Sequence record: DRR378314_434
Reading direction: 5' to 3' (one strand)
DNA length: 64,000 bases
The notes under the pieces are model-generated. The model was not told where the DNA came from, made no database searches, and was given only the letters and a program-made list of their open reading frames with translations. Made by a program: the position numbers and the translations under genes. Shown here in pieces: positions 50,719 to 60,029 of the stretch (positions within the stretch are counted from its first letter, which is position 1; every line of letters starts with the position of its first letter).

Positions 50719-51099
50719 ATGAATCTGAACCAGATCACCTTGCCCGTCAACAATATGGAAAAGGCTACGGAGTTCTATCGCAAGATGGGGTTTCTCCAAA
50801 TTGTAGATACTCCCCACTACGCCAGATTTGAATGCCCGGAGGGAACGTCGACGTTCTCCCTTTCATTGGATGATTATGGGGGGTCAAGTAAGAGCGTAAT
50901 TTATTTTGAACACCAAGAGCTTGACGACCTTGTTGCCAAGTTAAAGTCCAGGGGGCTTAAATTTGATCAAGAACCAACGGATATGCAGTACTTATGGCGC
51001 GAGGCAATACTCCGTGACCCCTCCGGCAACAAAATCAAACTGTACTGGGCAGGTGAGAATCGTCTAAATCCGCCGTGGCGAGTTGAGCTCGGTGCATAA
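50719..51099 (+). CDS. VOC/glyoxalase family protein (integron cassette 2)
   Basis: MNLNQITLPV...FY...WREAILRDPSGN; stop codon lies inside GCATAAC. Confidence 0.88.
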   Translation: MNLNQITLPVNNMEKATEFYRKMGFLQIVDTPHYARFECPEGTSTFSLSLDDYGGSSKSVIYFEHQELDDLVAKLKSRGLKFDQEPTDMQYLWREAILRDPSGNKIKLYWAGENRLNPPWRVELGA

Positions 51100-51133
51100 C
51101 AAACCAATGTTGGTTGCCTCGGAAGCGTTGTAC
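51094..51133 (+). mobile_element. Heavily truncated attC site
   Basis: GCATAAC-AAACC-AATGTTG...AAGC-GTTGTAC; only 40 bp, no complete stem. Confidence 0.5.
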
Positions 51134-51253
51134 GAGACAAATAATAACTCTGCCCGACGGCAGCAAAACTCTGAAGGCCCTAATTGATTGGTTTTAAGCC
51201 CTGAGTTTCAGGTTGGCGACATTCATTCAGAGGGATTTTTGGTGGAGCCCCCA

Positions 51254-54178
51254 TCAAAACTGCCCGCTCACCCCAAGCAAAAATGTCCGTCCGTTAGAAG
51301 TTGTGTTGTAAGCCCGGTCACTGGAGTCACTGTAAAGCTCTTCGCGTACATTGGTCAGGTTCAGGGCTTCAAGAGTTAACTTAAAGTTATCAGACAGTTG
51401 GTAATGAGCGGCTGCGTCAACATAAGTGGTGTCGTGGTAGCCGGATTCATCCTGGTCGGTATTCCCCGCCTGAACTGACAAAATGTAGTCACTGCGGTAG
51501 GCCGATGAAATACGAGCTGACCAATCTTCAGCTTCATAATAAAAGGTCAGGTTGTAACTTTGGTTCGACAGCCCGGCAAAGGTTTTTACCTGATTTTCCC
51601 CTGTGCCCTGTACGTCGCGGTACAGCGTATCGCCGTCTGCCCAGGTATAGTTGGCAATCATGCCGAGTCGGTTGAAGGGCTCAGGCAGAAAATCAAAATC
51701 CCGCGAGAACGCAAATTCAGCGCCCTGAATAACAGAAGAATCGGAGTTTTCCGGTGTGGTGACAATAAATAAGTCGTCTACAGACTCCCCTTCCTGCAGC
51801 AAGGCTTCGGGAAGCCCTAAACTGCCGTAACGCAACAGCTCAGTTTTTTCGACAATGAAGTTATCAATGTTTTTATGAAACAGTGCTAAAGATATAAACC
51901 CTTGCTTATTAAAATACCATTCAATAGCAGTGTCTATGTTTATCGATTCGAACGGCTGCAGAAAGGGGTTCCCTAATCCTATTGAACCAATGTCGCCGTC
52001 ATCGCGCGAGGCCTGCGATACATTCGCAGAAAAGGACAATTTATCTATAGAAGGTCGAGTAATATTTTTGCTCGCTCCAAAACGCCATAAAACATTATCG
52101 GTAATATCCAGAACCATATTCAGGCTGGGTAACCAATCGGAGTAGTCCCGCTCTATTTCCGTGTAAATACCTTTTGAAATACCAGCAGAGGACAAAGTTG
52201 TCTCGAAAAAACGCGCGCCGGTACTCAACAGCAGCGTTTTACCGAACATTTGCGTATCAAAATCGAAAAGAAAATAAGCAGCGTCCGTTTCCTCCTCCAC
52301 CGAATAATTAGACGTATCAATAATAGACCCTTCACCCAATCTATAGCCCGCTAAACCGTAATGTTGCTGAAGCTGAGCTAAGTCGCCCTGCAACCAATTG
52401 AAGTCGGGGTGTTGAGTATAAACATCCGTATACTCAGGTGGTAAAAACAAATTTCCTTCATTTTCTGGCGTCAGGCCGTTGGTCGGAAAGTCTCCCTGTA
52501 CTCGTTCATGCCCGTCATTTGACAGTTTCTTATGACTGACACCCAGTTTCAGAGCGTTTTTGGGCGTTAATCGGTAGTCGAAATCAGCTTTAAACGTGAG
52601 CATGTCCGAAGAAATCTCGTTTTCCTGAAAATAGAGGTCTTTCACTCGAAACGCTGTTGGATCAGTAGTATCAAATTCAGGTGAACGGCTAAGCCCGTAA
52701 AAACGATCTTTCCTGAAATCGGTGATAATATCCACGCCGTCCGTAATGATATTGACCTTGTTCAGCTTAGGCTGGCGGTAGTCAGACGAATTAACTCCGA
52801 GAAGAAAATTAAACGAAATATCAGGGCTTGTTTGCCAAAAAGAATTAAAGGTTATTTGTTTAAATTCCGATTCGTTATAGTCCTGCCGGGTTTCAGCTCG
52901 CCACGTCGCGTCCTTATATTCGGCATAAACTACTTCTTTTTCACTGTCATTATTTACCCATTCCAGAGCTTTCACCTGACGATTATTTTTTACCGCAATA
53001 TGGTGTTCATCTAAATCATTGGTCAGTCGGTTCAATAAAATATCGACCGTGCTGATAAAGTTTTCATTAGGCTGATACTGCAGCGATGCGGTAATTCCCA
53101 GTCGAGTCTGGTCGTTATTCCATAGCGAATAACGGTGTCCGCGGGGAAACCAGAACTCGCCGTTAGCTAATTTCTCTGACAGCGCAGGATTATCCGGCCC
53201 AACATAAGCTTTATTTTCTTTACGCCAGCGCGTGGTGTTGGTTCCATATTCAGTTGTATGCCGTTCACTGTAGGCCATTGATACCAGCGCACCAAAGCTG
53301 CCCCAGGTATTCGCTATCATTCCGGCCACACGGGGGTCGTAATGTTGGCTGTTGGAATTGTAGGCCTGTCGGTAGGAAAAAGCTGACGTAAAGTCCTTGT
53401 AGTCTTGGGGCTTTGGTGTAAATAACTCTACCGTGCCGCCAATGCCGCCCTCTTCCATACGCGCCGAGTAAGACTTTTTCACATCAATGCGATTAAACAG
53501 TTCAGAGGCAAAAATATTAAAATCGAACGCCCGGCTGCGGCTAACTGAACCGCGGGCATCCATTGGTGATGATGTTATTCCCAAGGCCTCCATGCCATTG
53601 ATATGCACACGGGTAAAGTCCGGCCCCAGCCCGCGCAGAGATATTTGACGCCCTTCACCGGCTTCCCGGGTAATGGAAATACCAGGTACGCGCTGCAGTG
53701 AGTCAGCTAAGTTCAAGTCCGGAAAATCAGCAATATCTTCGGCCAGTATCGAGTCCTGAGAAACCATTGCCAGACGCTTATATTCCCGCGCTTTAAATAA
53801 AGAATCTCTGAATCCGGTGACGGTAATTTCTTCAATAACCTGGTTAACGGGTTTGCTTTCTGCTGCAGGCTCCGGGGACTTAACCACATTGTCCTGACAG
53901 GTTTCAACCAACCAGCCGGAGGCGACATTACTCGCGCATAAGTTGCTGTCTTTCAGCAACTCGTCGAGCAATTCCTGAGCCGTAAACGAACCTTTTAGTG
54001 CCTCAGTGTGTTCATCAGAGACTAAAGCAGGGTCGAACAATATGGTCTGGTCGGTTGTGCGGGAAAACTGAGTTAATGCGTCTTTTAAAGGTTGCGCCGC
54101 AAAAGTCACATCGAACTTTGTGCCTTCTGCGGCCAGGCTTAAACTGGAAATAAGTAGTAGCCAGCTAAATCTACGCAT
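51254..54178 (-). CDS. TonB-dependent transducer with N-terminal signalling (STN-like) domain
   Basis: FAAQPLKDALTQFSRTTDQTILF N-terminal extension; TonB box EEITVTG; terminal F. Confidence 0.9.
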   Translation of the reverse strand: MRRFSWLLLISSLSLAAEGTKFDVTFAAQPLKDALTQFSRTTDQTILFDPALVSDEHTEALKGSFTAQELLDELLKDSNLCASNVASGWLVETCQDNVVKSPEPAAESKPVNQVIEEITVTGFRDSLFKAREYKRLAMVSQDSILAEDIADFPDLNLADSLQRVPGISITREAGEGRQISLRGLGPDFTRVHINGMEALGITSSPMDARGSVSRSRAFDFNIFASELFNRIDVKKSYSARMEEGGIGGTVELFTPKPQDYKDFTSAFSYRQAYNSNSQHYDPRVAGMIANTWGSFGALVSMAYSERHTTEYGTNTTRWRKENKAYVGPDNPALSEKLANGEFWFPRGHRYSLWNNDQTRLGITASLQYQPNENFISTVDILLNRLTNDLDEHHIAVKNNRQVKALEWVNNDSEKEVVYAEYKDATWRAETRQDYNESEFKQITFNSFWQTSPDISFNFLLGVNSSDYRQPKLNKVNIITDGVDIITDFRKDRFYGLSRSPEFDTTDPTAFRVKDLYFQENEISSDMLTFKADFDYRLTPKNALKLGVSHKKLSNDGHERVQGDFPTNGLTPENEGNLFLPPEYTDVYTQHPDFNWLQGDLAQLQQHYGLAGYRLGEGSIIDTSNYSVEEETDAAYFLFDFDTQMFGKTLLLSTGARFFETTLSSAGISKGIYTEIERDYSDWLPSLNMVLDITDNVLWRFGASKNITRPSIDKLSFSANVSQASRDDGDIGSIGLGNPFLQPFESINIDTAIEWYFNKQGFISLALFHKNIDNFIVEKTELLRYGSLGLPEALLQEGESVDDLFIVTTPENSDSSVIQGAEFAFSRDFDFLPEPFNRLGMIANYTWADGDTLYRDVQGTGENQVKTFAGLSNQSYNLTFYYEAEDWSARISSAYRSDYILSVQAGNTDQDESGYHDTTYVDAAAHYQLSDNFKLTLEALNLTNVREELYSDSSDRAYNTTSNGRTFLLGVSGQF

Positions 54179-54194
54179 TTTCAGATGACATAAT

Positions 54195-55154
54195 TCATGG
54201 TGTTAAACGAATCTGTTGAGGCAAATACTCAACGTTTAACGCATACATCTGACTCAACAGCTTTAAAGTTTGTTCCGTGTCATTCAGGCGAAAACGCCCT
54301 GCCACCTCCCGTGAGCCTAAGTTCGGATCAGCCAGTACAATAGGCGTTGAACTGTGGCGGTTAAGTCTCTCAATCAGATAAGTGAGATTCTCATTGCTAA
54401 TTTCTATCCAGCCCGAACGCCAATCTATCAGGTTGTTCACATCAACTTTTTGCACTACGCCAAAACGCCCACGGGACAAGCGCATCTTCTCCCCGGCTTT
54501 TAATAACACCGGGAAGCTTTCCTGCTCGGCCTGAACCTCAACAATACCTTCGTAAACGGTGACATCAATCTGATCCGTGCCGCGGTCGATATTAAATTCC
54601 GTGCCGACCGCCGTAACACTGGCATCACCAACACTAACCACAAAGGGACGTTTCTTGTCCTTAGCAACGGAAAAATACGCCTGACCTGACTCTATGTGCA
54701 GGTTTCTCTGCTGCTCGGAGTAGTTCACCATAACTTCACTTGAAAGCTGCAGTTGTAACGCACTGCCGTCGGATAACTGATGCGTATTTTCCGTCGGCGA
54801 CTGCGCAGTGAACACTGTCGGCTGCGGGGTTTCACTAAAGCGACCGGGCAACATGACGGTAATAGCAACAACCAACGCACAGGCTGTAGCTAAGCCCATT
54901 CCCCATTGAAACGCCTTTTTCACCGGACGTTTTTGTCGCTTTTTCAGTTGTTTGAAAGACTGCTCCAACGCAGGATCCTGCCAGGTAGCCAACATTGACT
55001 CAAATACCTGCTGATGTTTAACATCAGCCTCTAACCACTTAATAAAGCGTTTCCGGCAAAGAGTATTGAGTTCACCGTCAGAAAGCCGATCCATCCATTC
55101 CGCGGCTTCAGTGTAAATACTGTCTTGTGAGGTATTATTGACTGTCTCTTGCAT
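54195..55154 (-). CDS. FecR-family anti-sigma factor
   Basis: EAAEWMDRL...FIKWL...H, one TM, LSDGS, GQAYFSVAKDKKRPFVV, AVGTEFNI. Confidence 0.92.
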   Translation of the reverse strand: MQETVNNTSQDSIYTEAAEWMDRLSDGELNTLCRKRFIKWLEADVKHQQVFESMLATWQDPALEQSFKQLKKRQKRPVKKAFQWGMGLATACALVVAITVMLPGRFSETPQPTVFTAQSPTENTHQLSDGSALQLQLSSEVMVNYSEQQRNLHIESGQAYFSVAKDKKRPFVVSVGDASVTAVGTEFNIDRGTDQIDVTVYEGIVEVQAEQESFPVLLKAGEKMRLSRGRFGVVQKVDVNNLIDWRSGWIEISNENLTYLIERLNRHSSTPIVLADPNLGSREVAGRFRLNDTEQTLKLLSQMYALNVEYLPQQIRLTP

Positions 55155-55643
55155 CTATTTTGTCTTACTGTCTATGTAACGCTGAATGTCGGCCAGTGCC
55201 CGGGTTATGTGCCGGGTAACGGTTTCCATACTAATTCCCAGTTGTTCCGCAATAGCTTTGCGGCTCTCACCATGAAGCCGCCTCAGCTCAAACGCCCGCC
55301 GCCGTTGCTCAGGCATGTTTTCGAGCGCCTGAGAAATCAGCTCAATACGTTGCGCTTCTTCCAGCAAATATTCCGGGTTTGCTTTTGGTGAATCAAGGTT
55401 ATCGATATCGTCATCGCAGTCTACAGGGCGTGCTGTCAGCAGATTACGAGCCACCCGAATTGCATAGCCTAATGGATTGTTGATGGTACTTTTGCGAGAT
55501 TGCTCCAGTACCCGCGCCACAGACTCCTGATAAATGTCGGCGGCCTCTTCACTACACCGCGTCCGGCCGGAGAGGTAACGCCGCAACTGGGCGTTATTGG
55601 TTAAACAATCGTAGAGTTTACTGTTGTTTGCTTTATTGGACAT
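55155..55643 (-). CDS. ECF sigma factor (FecI-like)
   Basis: AADIYQES, ALENMPEQRRRAFELRRLHG...IAEQLGIS..TV. ATG at 55643 lies downstream of the predicted promoter. Confidence 0.9.
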   Translation of the reverse strand: MSNKANNSKLYDCLTNNAQLRRYLSGRTRCSEEAADIYQESVARVLEQSRKSTINNPLGYAIRVARNLLTARPVDCDDDIDNLDSPKANPEYLLEEAQRIELISQALENMPEQRRRAFELRRLHGESRKAIAEQLGISMETVTRHITRALADIQRYIDSKTK

Positions 55644-55684
55644 ATCAGCTGCTGGTGCACCCTGGCGTTTTGCTGAGATAGCCA

Positions 55685-55718
55685 AGGGTACACCTTCATT
55701 ATGACAGTTCTGTGGATC
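55685..55718 (-). promoter_or_regulatory. Pho box + -10 element (PhoB/sigma70 promoter)
   Basis: Minus strand GATCCAC-AGAA-CTGTCAT, exactly 10 bp, then TACCCT. Confidence 0.6.
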
Positions 55719-55741
55719 TCGTTCGCGTCGGGGCACCGAAA

Positions 55742-57199
55742 TCATTTTTGTTTGTCGATATAAACAGGGTTGCTGTAAAACCATAAGTCGGTCCACGGGT
55801 TCTCGCCTTTAACATCGGGTTGTGGCTCCAGCTCCTCTGCACGGTTGGTTCCGCGAACCCGCACATAACCCGCTGATGCTGATGCCGGTAATTCAAACGT
55901 CATCACCTGATAATTACCCTGACGACTCCGGTCACTTGGATAAAAACGCTTAATAACCTCAGTGGTCGGGTTTACATTATTACTCGTGAACCCTTTGTTG
56001 CCATGCACTTCACCATAAATGAGATCAACGCGCCCCACCGAGGGGTTATCGTCGTGATAATTTGGTGTGTCAGGGTCTAAAAAAGCAATAGTGACCGTGG
56101 CGGGTTTATCGTCGGTAACCAGAGTTTCACCAATGCTGGCGGTTTTTTCCGACTGCGACACGTAAACATAAAGCTCGGTAATAAGATCTCCCGTAGTAAC
56201 AAACACATTGCCACCGCGCAAACCGTTTAAAACACTGTCATAGTCCTGCTGAGCGTAAACATAAGTCTTAGCGTATTCTCCGGGCCAAAAGTCGGTACGG
56301 CCTTCGGTGTAATGTGCGTGGCTATCAGAAACTGCCGTAATGCTCCAGCGACGTCCTTCGCCTAAAAAGCTGTCCCATACGCCACCGACTATTGCCGTCA
56401 TCTGGTCAGTACCGCCGTGTGTCGGGTACCCATAGTATTCCGCCCGCATTCCTTCCGGATCAATTGACCCATCCGGGTTTATTGTCGCGGCCTGATGCCC
56501 GGGAATACCGGTCATCCCCGTAATGACATCCGGAGCGGTATCCTGCCACAGGCGCATTTTTTCAGGCGTCACTTTTTTAAAACGCCCCAATTTATCCGCC
56601 TGACGAGCCGGGTGATTCACCGAAAGCACCGGGCGCGGACTCATCGCCTGCATTGCATTCAGCGCTTTTAACATGAAGGCTTCAGTATCCCGCTCAAATT
56701 CATTAGGAAATGCTTCACGTCGGTTAAACTGGCTTTCTATTGTGTAGAGCTGCTGCGCTTCTTCATCGGTATGTGGAATAATTAAGGTGCTGTGGCGTGC
56801 ATTGGGGGTATCAAATTCCATTCCGTAAAACTGCAAAATACCCGGAACCGCTTTACGGGACGCAACCAGCTCAGGATAAGCCTGCTCTAAATTGACCCGA
56901 CTATGCTTCGGACCGCCATGGTCAGTTGTTACCATCCATTGCAAACCATGCTGTTTCGCCATTTGCGCATTCAGCGCGGTAAAATAATGAGCGTCACCAA
57001 ATAAAATGGGCGTGGGCGGTTGCGTACTGGTGTCCCACTTTGCACTAAATTTCCCATGAATATGGTGGTCACCCGCCAACCATTGTTTATTACCCGCAGG
57101 CTTAAAATCATAATTATCGGATGTTGAAACCGTCTTTGCACAGGCCGATAACAACGCCAGCGCGACGGCGGTACTTATAATCTTTTTTACTCGTGACAT
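55742..57199 (-). CDS. PHP-family metallo-phosphoesterase lipoprotein
   Basis: Lipobox LSAC; PHP motifs GDHHIH, TTDH, GMEF, NHP, SDSH. Confidence 0.82.
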   Translation of the reverse strand: MSRVKKIISTAVALALLSACAKTVSTSDNYDFKPAGNKQWLAGDHHIHGKFSAKWDTSTQPPTPILFGDAHYFTALNAQMAKQHGLQWMVTTDHGGPKHSRVNLEQAYPELVASRKAVPGILQFYGMEFDTPNARHSTLIIPHTDEEAQQLYTIESQFNRREAFPNEFERDTEAFMLKALNAMQAMSPRPVLSVNHPARQADKLGRFKKVTPEKMRLWQDTAPDVITGMTGIPGHQAATINPDGSIDPEGMRAEYYGYPTHGGTDQMTAIVGGVWDSFLGEGRRWSITAVSDSHAHYTEGRTDFWPGEYAKTYVYAQQDYDSVLNGLRGGNVFVTTGDLITELYVYVSQSEKTASIGETLVTDDKPATVTIAFLDPDTPNYHDDNPSVGRVDLIYGEVHGNKGFTSNNVNPTTEVIKRFYPSDRSRQGNYQVMTFELPASASAGYVRVRGTNRAEELEPQPDVKGENPWTDLWFYSNPVYIDKQK

Positions 57200-57217
57200 C
57201 TTATTTCTCTTTAAAGC

Positions 57218-57243
57218 AAAAACCGGGCTCATCTGAGCCCGGT
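57218..57243 (-). terminator. Intra-operon intrinsic terminator
   Basis: Minus strand ACCGGGCTC-AGAT-GAGCCCGGT-TTTTG. Confidence 0.8.
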
Positions 57244-57258
57244 AACATGTAAGGAAAA

Positions 57259-59940
57259 TCAGAACTGTGCAGTAATGCCCAGCATCACTGTTCTGCCACT
57301 GGTAATGGTGTTATACGCGCGGTCATGAGAGTCGCTGTAAGACTCTTCACGTACGTTCGTCAGGTTGATACCTTCCAGGCTCAACTTAACGTTGTCCGTC
57401 AGCTGATAAAACGATGAGAAGTCGACATAGGTTGTGCCGTGATACCCGCTTTCATCCTGGTCTGCACTAGACGTCGCGCCGCTGCCATAACGACTGCGAT
57501 AAGCCGCTGATACGCGGGCGCCCCAGTTTTCCACTTCGTAATACAAGGTGAAGTTGTAACTGTTTTTCGACAATCCAGAGAACGGTTTAACCTGGTCATT
57601 TCCTTCAATACCATAAATGTTCCGGTAAAGAGATTCGCCATCCGCGTAGGTGTAGTTAGCGATAACACCTAAGTTGTTAAATGGTGCAGGAAGAAAATCT
57701 AAGTCTCTTGAAAATGCCAGTTCAACACCCTTAATGGTCGAAGAATCGACATTTTCCGGACGTTCAAGATAGAAAATACTGTCCATGTTTTTATCTGCCG
57801 GCAACAGTTCTTCCGGCAGGCCCAGACTTGAATAAACCACTTCGGTGGTCGTACCGACAATAAAGTTGTCGATGTCTTTGTGGAATATGGCCGCAGACGC
57901 ATAACCAACATCTTCAAAGTACCACTCAATAGCAGTGTCTAAGTTAGTTGATTCAAACGGATCCAGATTCGGGTTGCCCATGGATACACTGGTAATCGCC
58001 TCCCCCGAGGTTTGCGAGACCGAGGCGTTATAACTCAGCGAGCCCAATGAAGGACGGGTAACATTCTTAGTAGCAGCAAAACGCCATAAAAGATCCGGAC
58101 TCAGTTCATACACCATATTCAGGGTTGGAAGAACATCGGAGTAAGTGCGGGCTGTCTCAATATCTACCCCTCCTGAGACACCAGCTGATGTAATTTCAGT
58201 TTCAAAGTAACGTAAGCCGGTACTTATGCGTAACGGACGACCGGCAACGCTGCTTTCAAAACCATATTGAGCGTAAACCGCGTTGGTCTCTTCCGTTACC
58301 GGCGACTTGTCGTTTTCTGACAAGTCAGAATCGTCCAAACGGGTTCCCTGCAGGCCATAGTAAGCCAGCAAATTACCTAAATCCGCCTGAATCCAGTTTT
58401 GGTCCAGATGCTGGTTAAATACGTTAACCAAATCATCCGTTAACGTCAGCTCGCCGGCATTTTGTGGTGCTTCGTTCTGCGCATTACTTCTGGTTAGCTG
58501 ATAAGCACTGTTCTCAAACTTCTTATAGTTAGCGCCAAAGGTTAATTCACCGGTGTCGCCAATAAAGTAGCTGAAATCAACTTTAGCGATATCAAAATCA
58601 TTCGTGATGTAGTTTTCCTGCATGTAGATGTCTTTAACTTCAAAACCTTCCATGCTGGTTACATCAAAGTTCGGCGAGGTGCTAATGCCATAAAAACGAT
58701 CGCCGCGGAAGTCAGTCATAATGTCGACTTTATTCTTCGCGTGAATATTAGATTTAAGAACCTGTGGTTGCTCAAAATCCGATGAACTGGTGCCAACCAT
58801 GGCCGACATGCTGAAGTCAGGCGTTAACGACCAGTCCATGGTTAAGGTGTACTGGTTAAACTCTGATTCGTTACGGCGACGGGTATTTTCGTTACGCCAG
58901 GTGGCATCTTCATAACTTGCGTAGAGAACTTCTTTTTGTCCGTCGTTTTCTGTCCATTCAAGCTCTTTCACAATATCGTTATCTTTAACCGCAGAATGAT
59001 GCTCGTCGTAGTCATTTTCGAGTTCAGAATGCATTAAATCAAACGAGAAGCTCAGTTCTTTGCTGGGTTTAAACTGAAGCGCTGTCGTAATGCCTAAACG
59101 TTTTTGTTGGTTATTCCACAGTGAATAACGGTGCCCACGGGGGAACCATAACTCACCTGAGTCCAACTCTGCCTGTAATTCGGTGTCGGTTGGATCAGCG
59201 GCTGTTTTTCCGCCTTCCCGGCGCCAACGTGTGGTATTAGTGCCGTACTCTGTGGTTGAACGCTCGCTGTAAGCAACTGAAGCCAGTGCACCAAAATTAC
59301 CCCAGGTATTAGAAATTAAACCGGCGAAACGTGGATCCGTTTCTTCACTGTTATCGTTGTAACCACCTTTTAACGAAATTGCACTTTTAGCACCGTCATA
59401 GTCAAAGGGCTTAGCTGTATAAAGACCAACAGTACCGCCGATACCGCCCTCTTCCTGGTCTGCCGAATAGGTTTTGTTCACATCAATGCGGTTGAACAAT
59501 TCAGAAGCAAAAACATTAAAGTCGAAACTACGCGTGCGGCTCGCTCCGCCTTTAGCATCCATCGGCGACGCTGATGTGCCCATGGCCTCCATACCATTGA
59601 CCTGAACACGGGTAAAATCAGGACCTAATCCACGCAGTGAAATTTGGCGCCCTTCTCCCCCTTCACGCGTAATGCTGACACCAGGAACGCGTTGCAACGA
59701 ATCGGCAAGGTTTAAATCAGGAAAATCGGCAATGTCTTCCGCAAGGATTGAATCACGAGAAATAATCGCTTCGCGCTTAAAGTCTTTGGCTTTAATTAAT
59801 GAGCTTCTGAACGAAGTCACTTCAATCACTTCCATGGCTTCTTCATCTACTGCCTGCTCCTGAGCTAGCACCGTATTTGAATAACCAAAAGCACTGACGA
59901 TGGCTGTCGCTAAAACTGTTTTTCTAAATGAGTGGTTCAT
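57259..59940 (-). CDS. TonB-dependent receptor without signalling domain; paralogue of 51254-54178
   Basis: Signal peptide, EVIEVT TonB box, DSILAEDIADFPDLNLADSLQRVPG, terminal F. Confidence 0.92.
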   Translation of the reverse strand: MNHSFRKTVLATAIVSAFGYSNTVLAQEQAVDEEAMEVIEVTSFRSSLIKAKDFKREAIISRDSILAEDIADFPDLNLADSLQRVPGVSITREGGEGRQISLRGLGPDFTRVQVNGMEAMGTSASPMDAKGGASRTRSFDFNVFASELFNRIDVNKTYSADQEEGGIGGTVGLYTAKPFDYDGAKSAISLKGGYNDNSEETDPRFAGLISNTWGNFGALASVAYSERSTTEYGTNTTRWRREGGKTAADPTDTELQAELDSGELWFPRGHRYSLWNNQQKRLGITTALQFKPSKELSFSFDLMHSELENDYDEHHSAVKDNDIVKELEWTENDGQKEVLYASYEDATWRNENTRRRNESEFNQYTLTMDWSLTPDFSMSAMVGTSSSDFEQPQVLKSNIHAKNKVDIMTDFRGDRFYGISTSPNFDVTSMEGFEVKDIYMQENYITNDFDIAKVDFSYFIGDTGELTFGANYKKFENSAYQLTRSNAQNEAPQNAGELTLTDDLVNVFNQHLDQNWIQADLGNLLAYYGLQGTRLDDSDLSENDKSPVTEETNAVYAQYGFESSVAGRPLRISTGLRYFETEITSAGVSGGVDIETARTYSDVLPTLNMVYELSPDLLWRFAATKNVTRPSLGSLSYNASVSQTSGEAITSVSMGNPNLDPFESTNLDTAIEWYFEDVGYASAAIFHKDIDNFIVGTTTEVVYSSLGLPEELLPADKNMDSIFYLERPENVDSSTIKGVELAFSRDLDFLPAPFNNLGVIANYTYADGESLYRNIYGIEGNDQVKPFSGLSKNSYNFTLYYEVENWGARVSAAYRSRYGSGATSSADQDESGYHGTTYVDFSSFYQLTDNVKLSLEGINLTNVREESYSDSHDRAYNTITSGRTVMLGITAQF

Positions 59941-60029
59941 GTTGGTTCCGTTATAGGTTGACTAAAAACGTTCAGTCCAAAAAACAGGGACACCTATAAA
60001 GAGCCGGGAAACCTCAAAAGCAGACAAGA

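Noticed and set aside
51111-51197. Short plus frame WLPRKRCTRQIITLPDGSKTLKALIDWF* after the second attC stub
   Set aside because: Could be a third cassette or gene fragment, but it has no start, RBS or recognisable motif.
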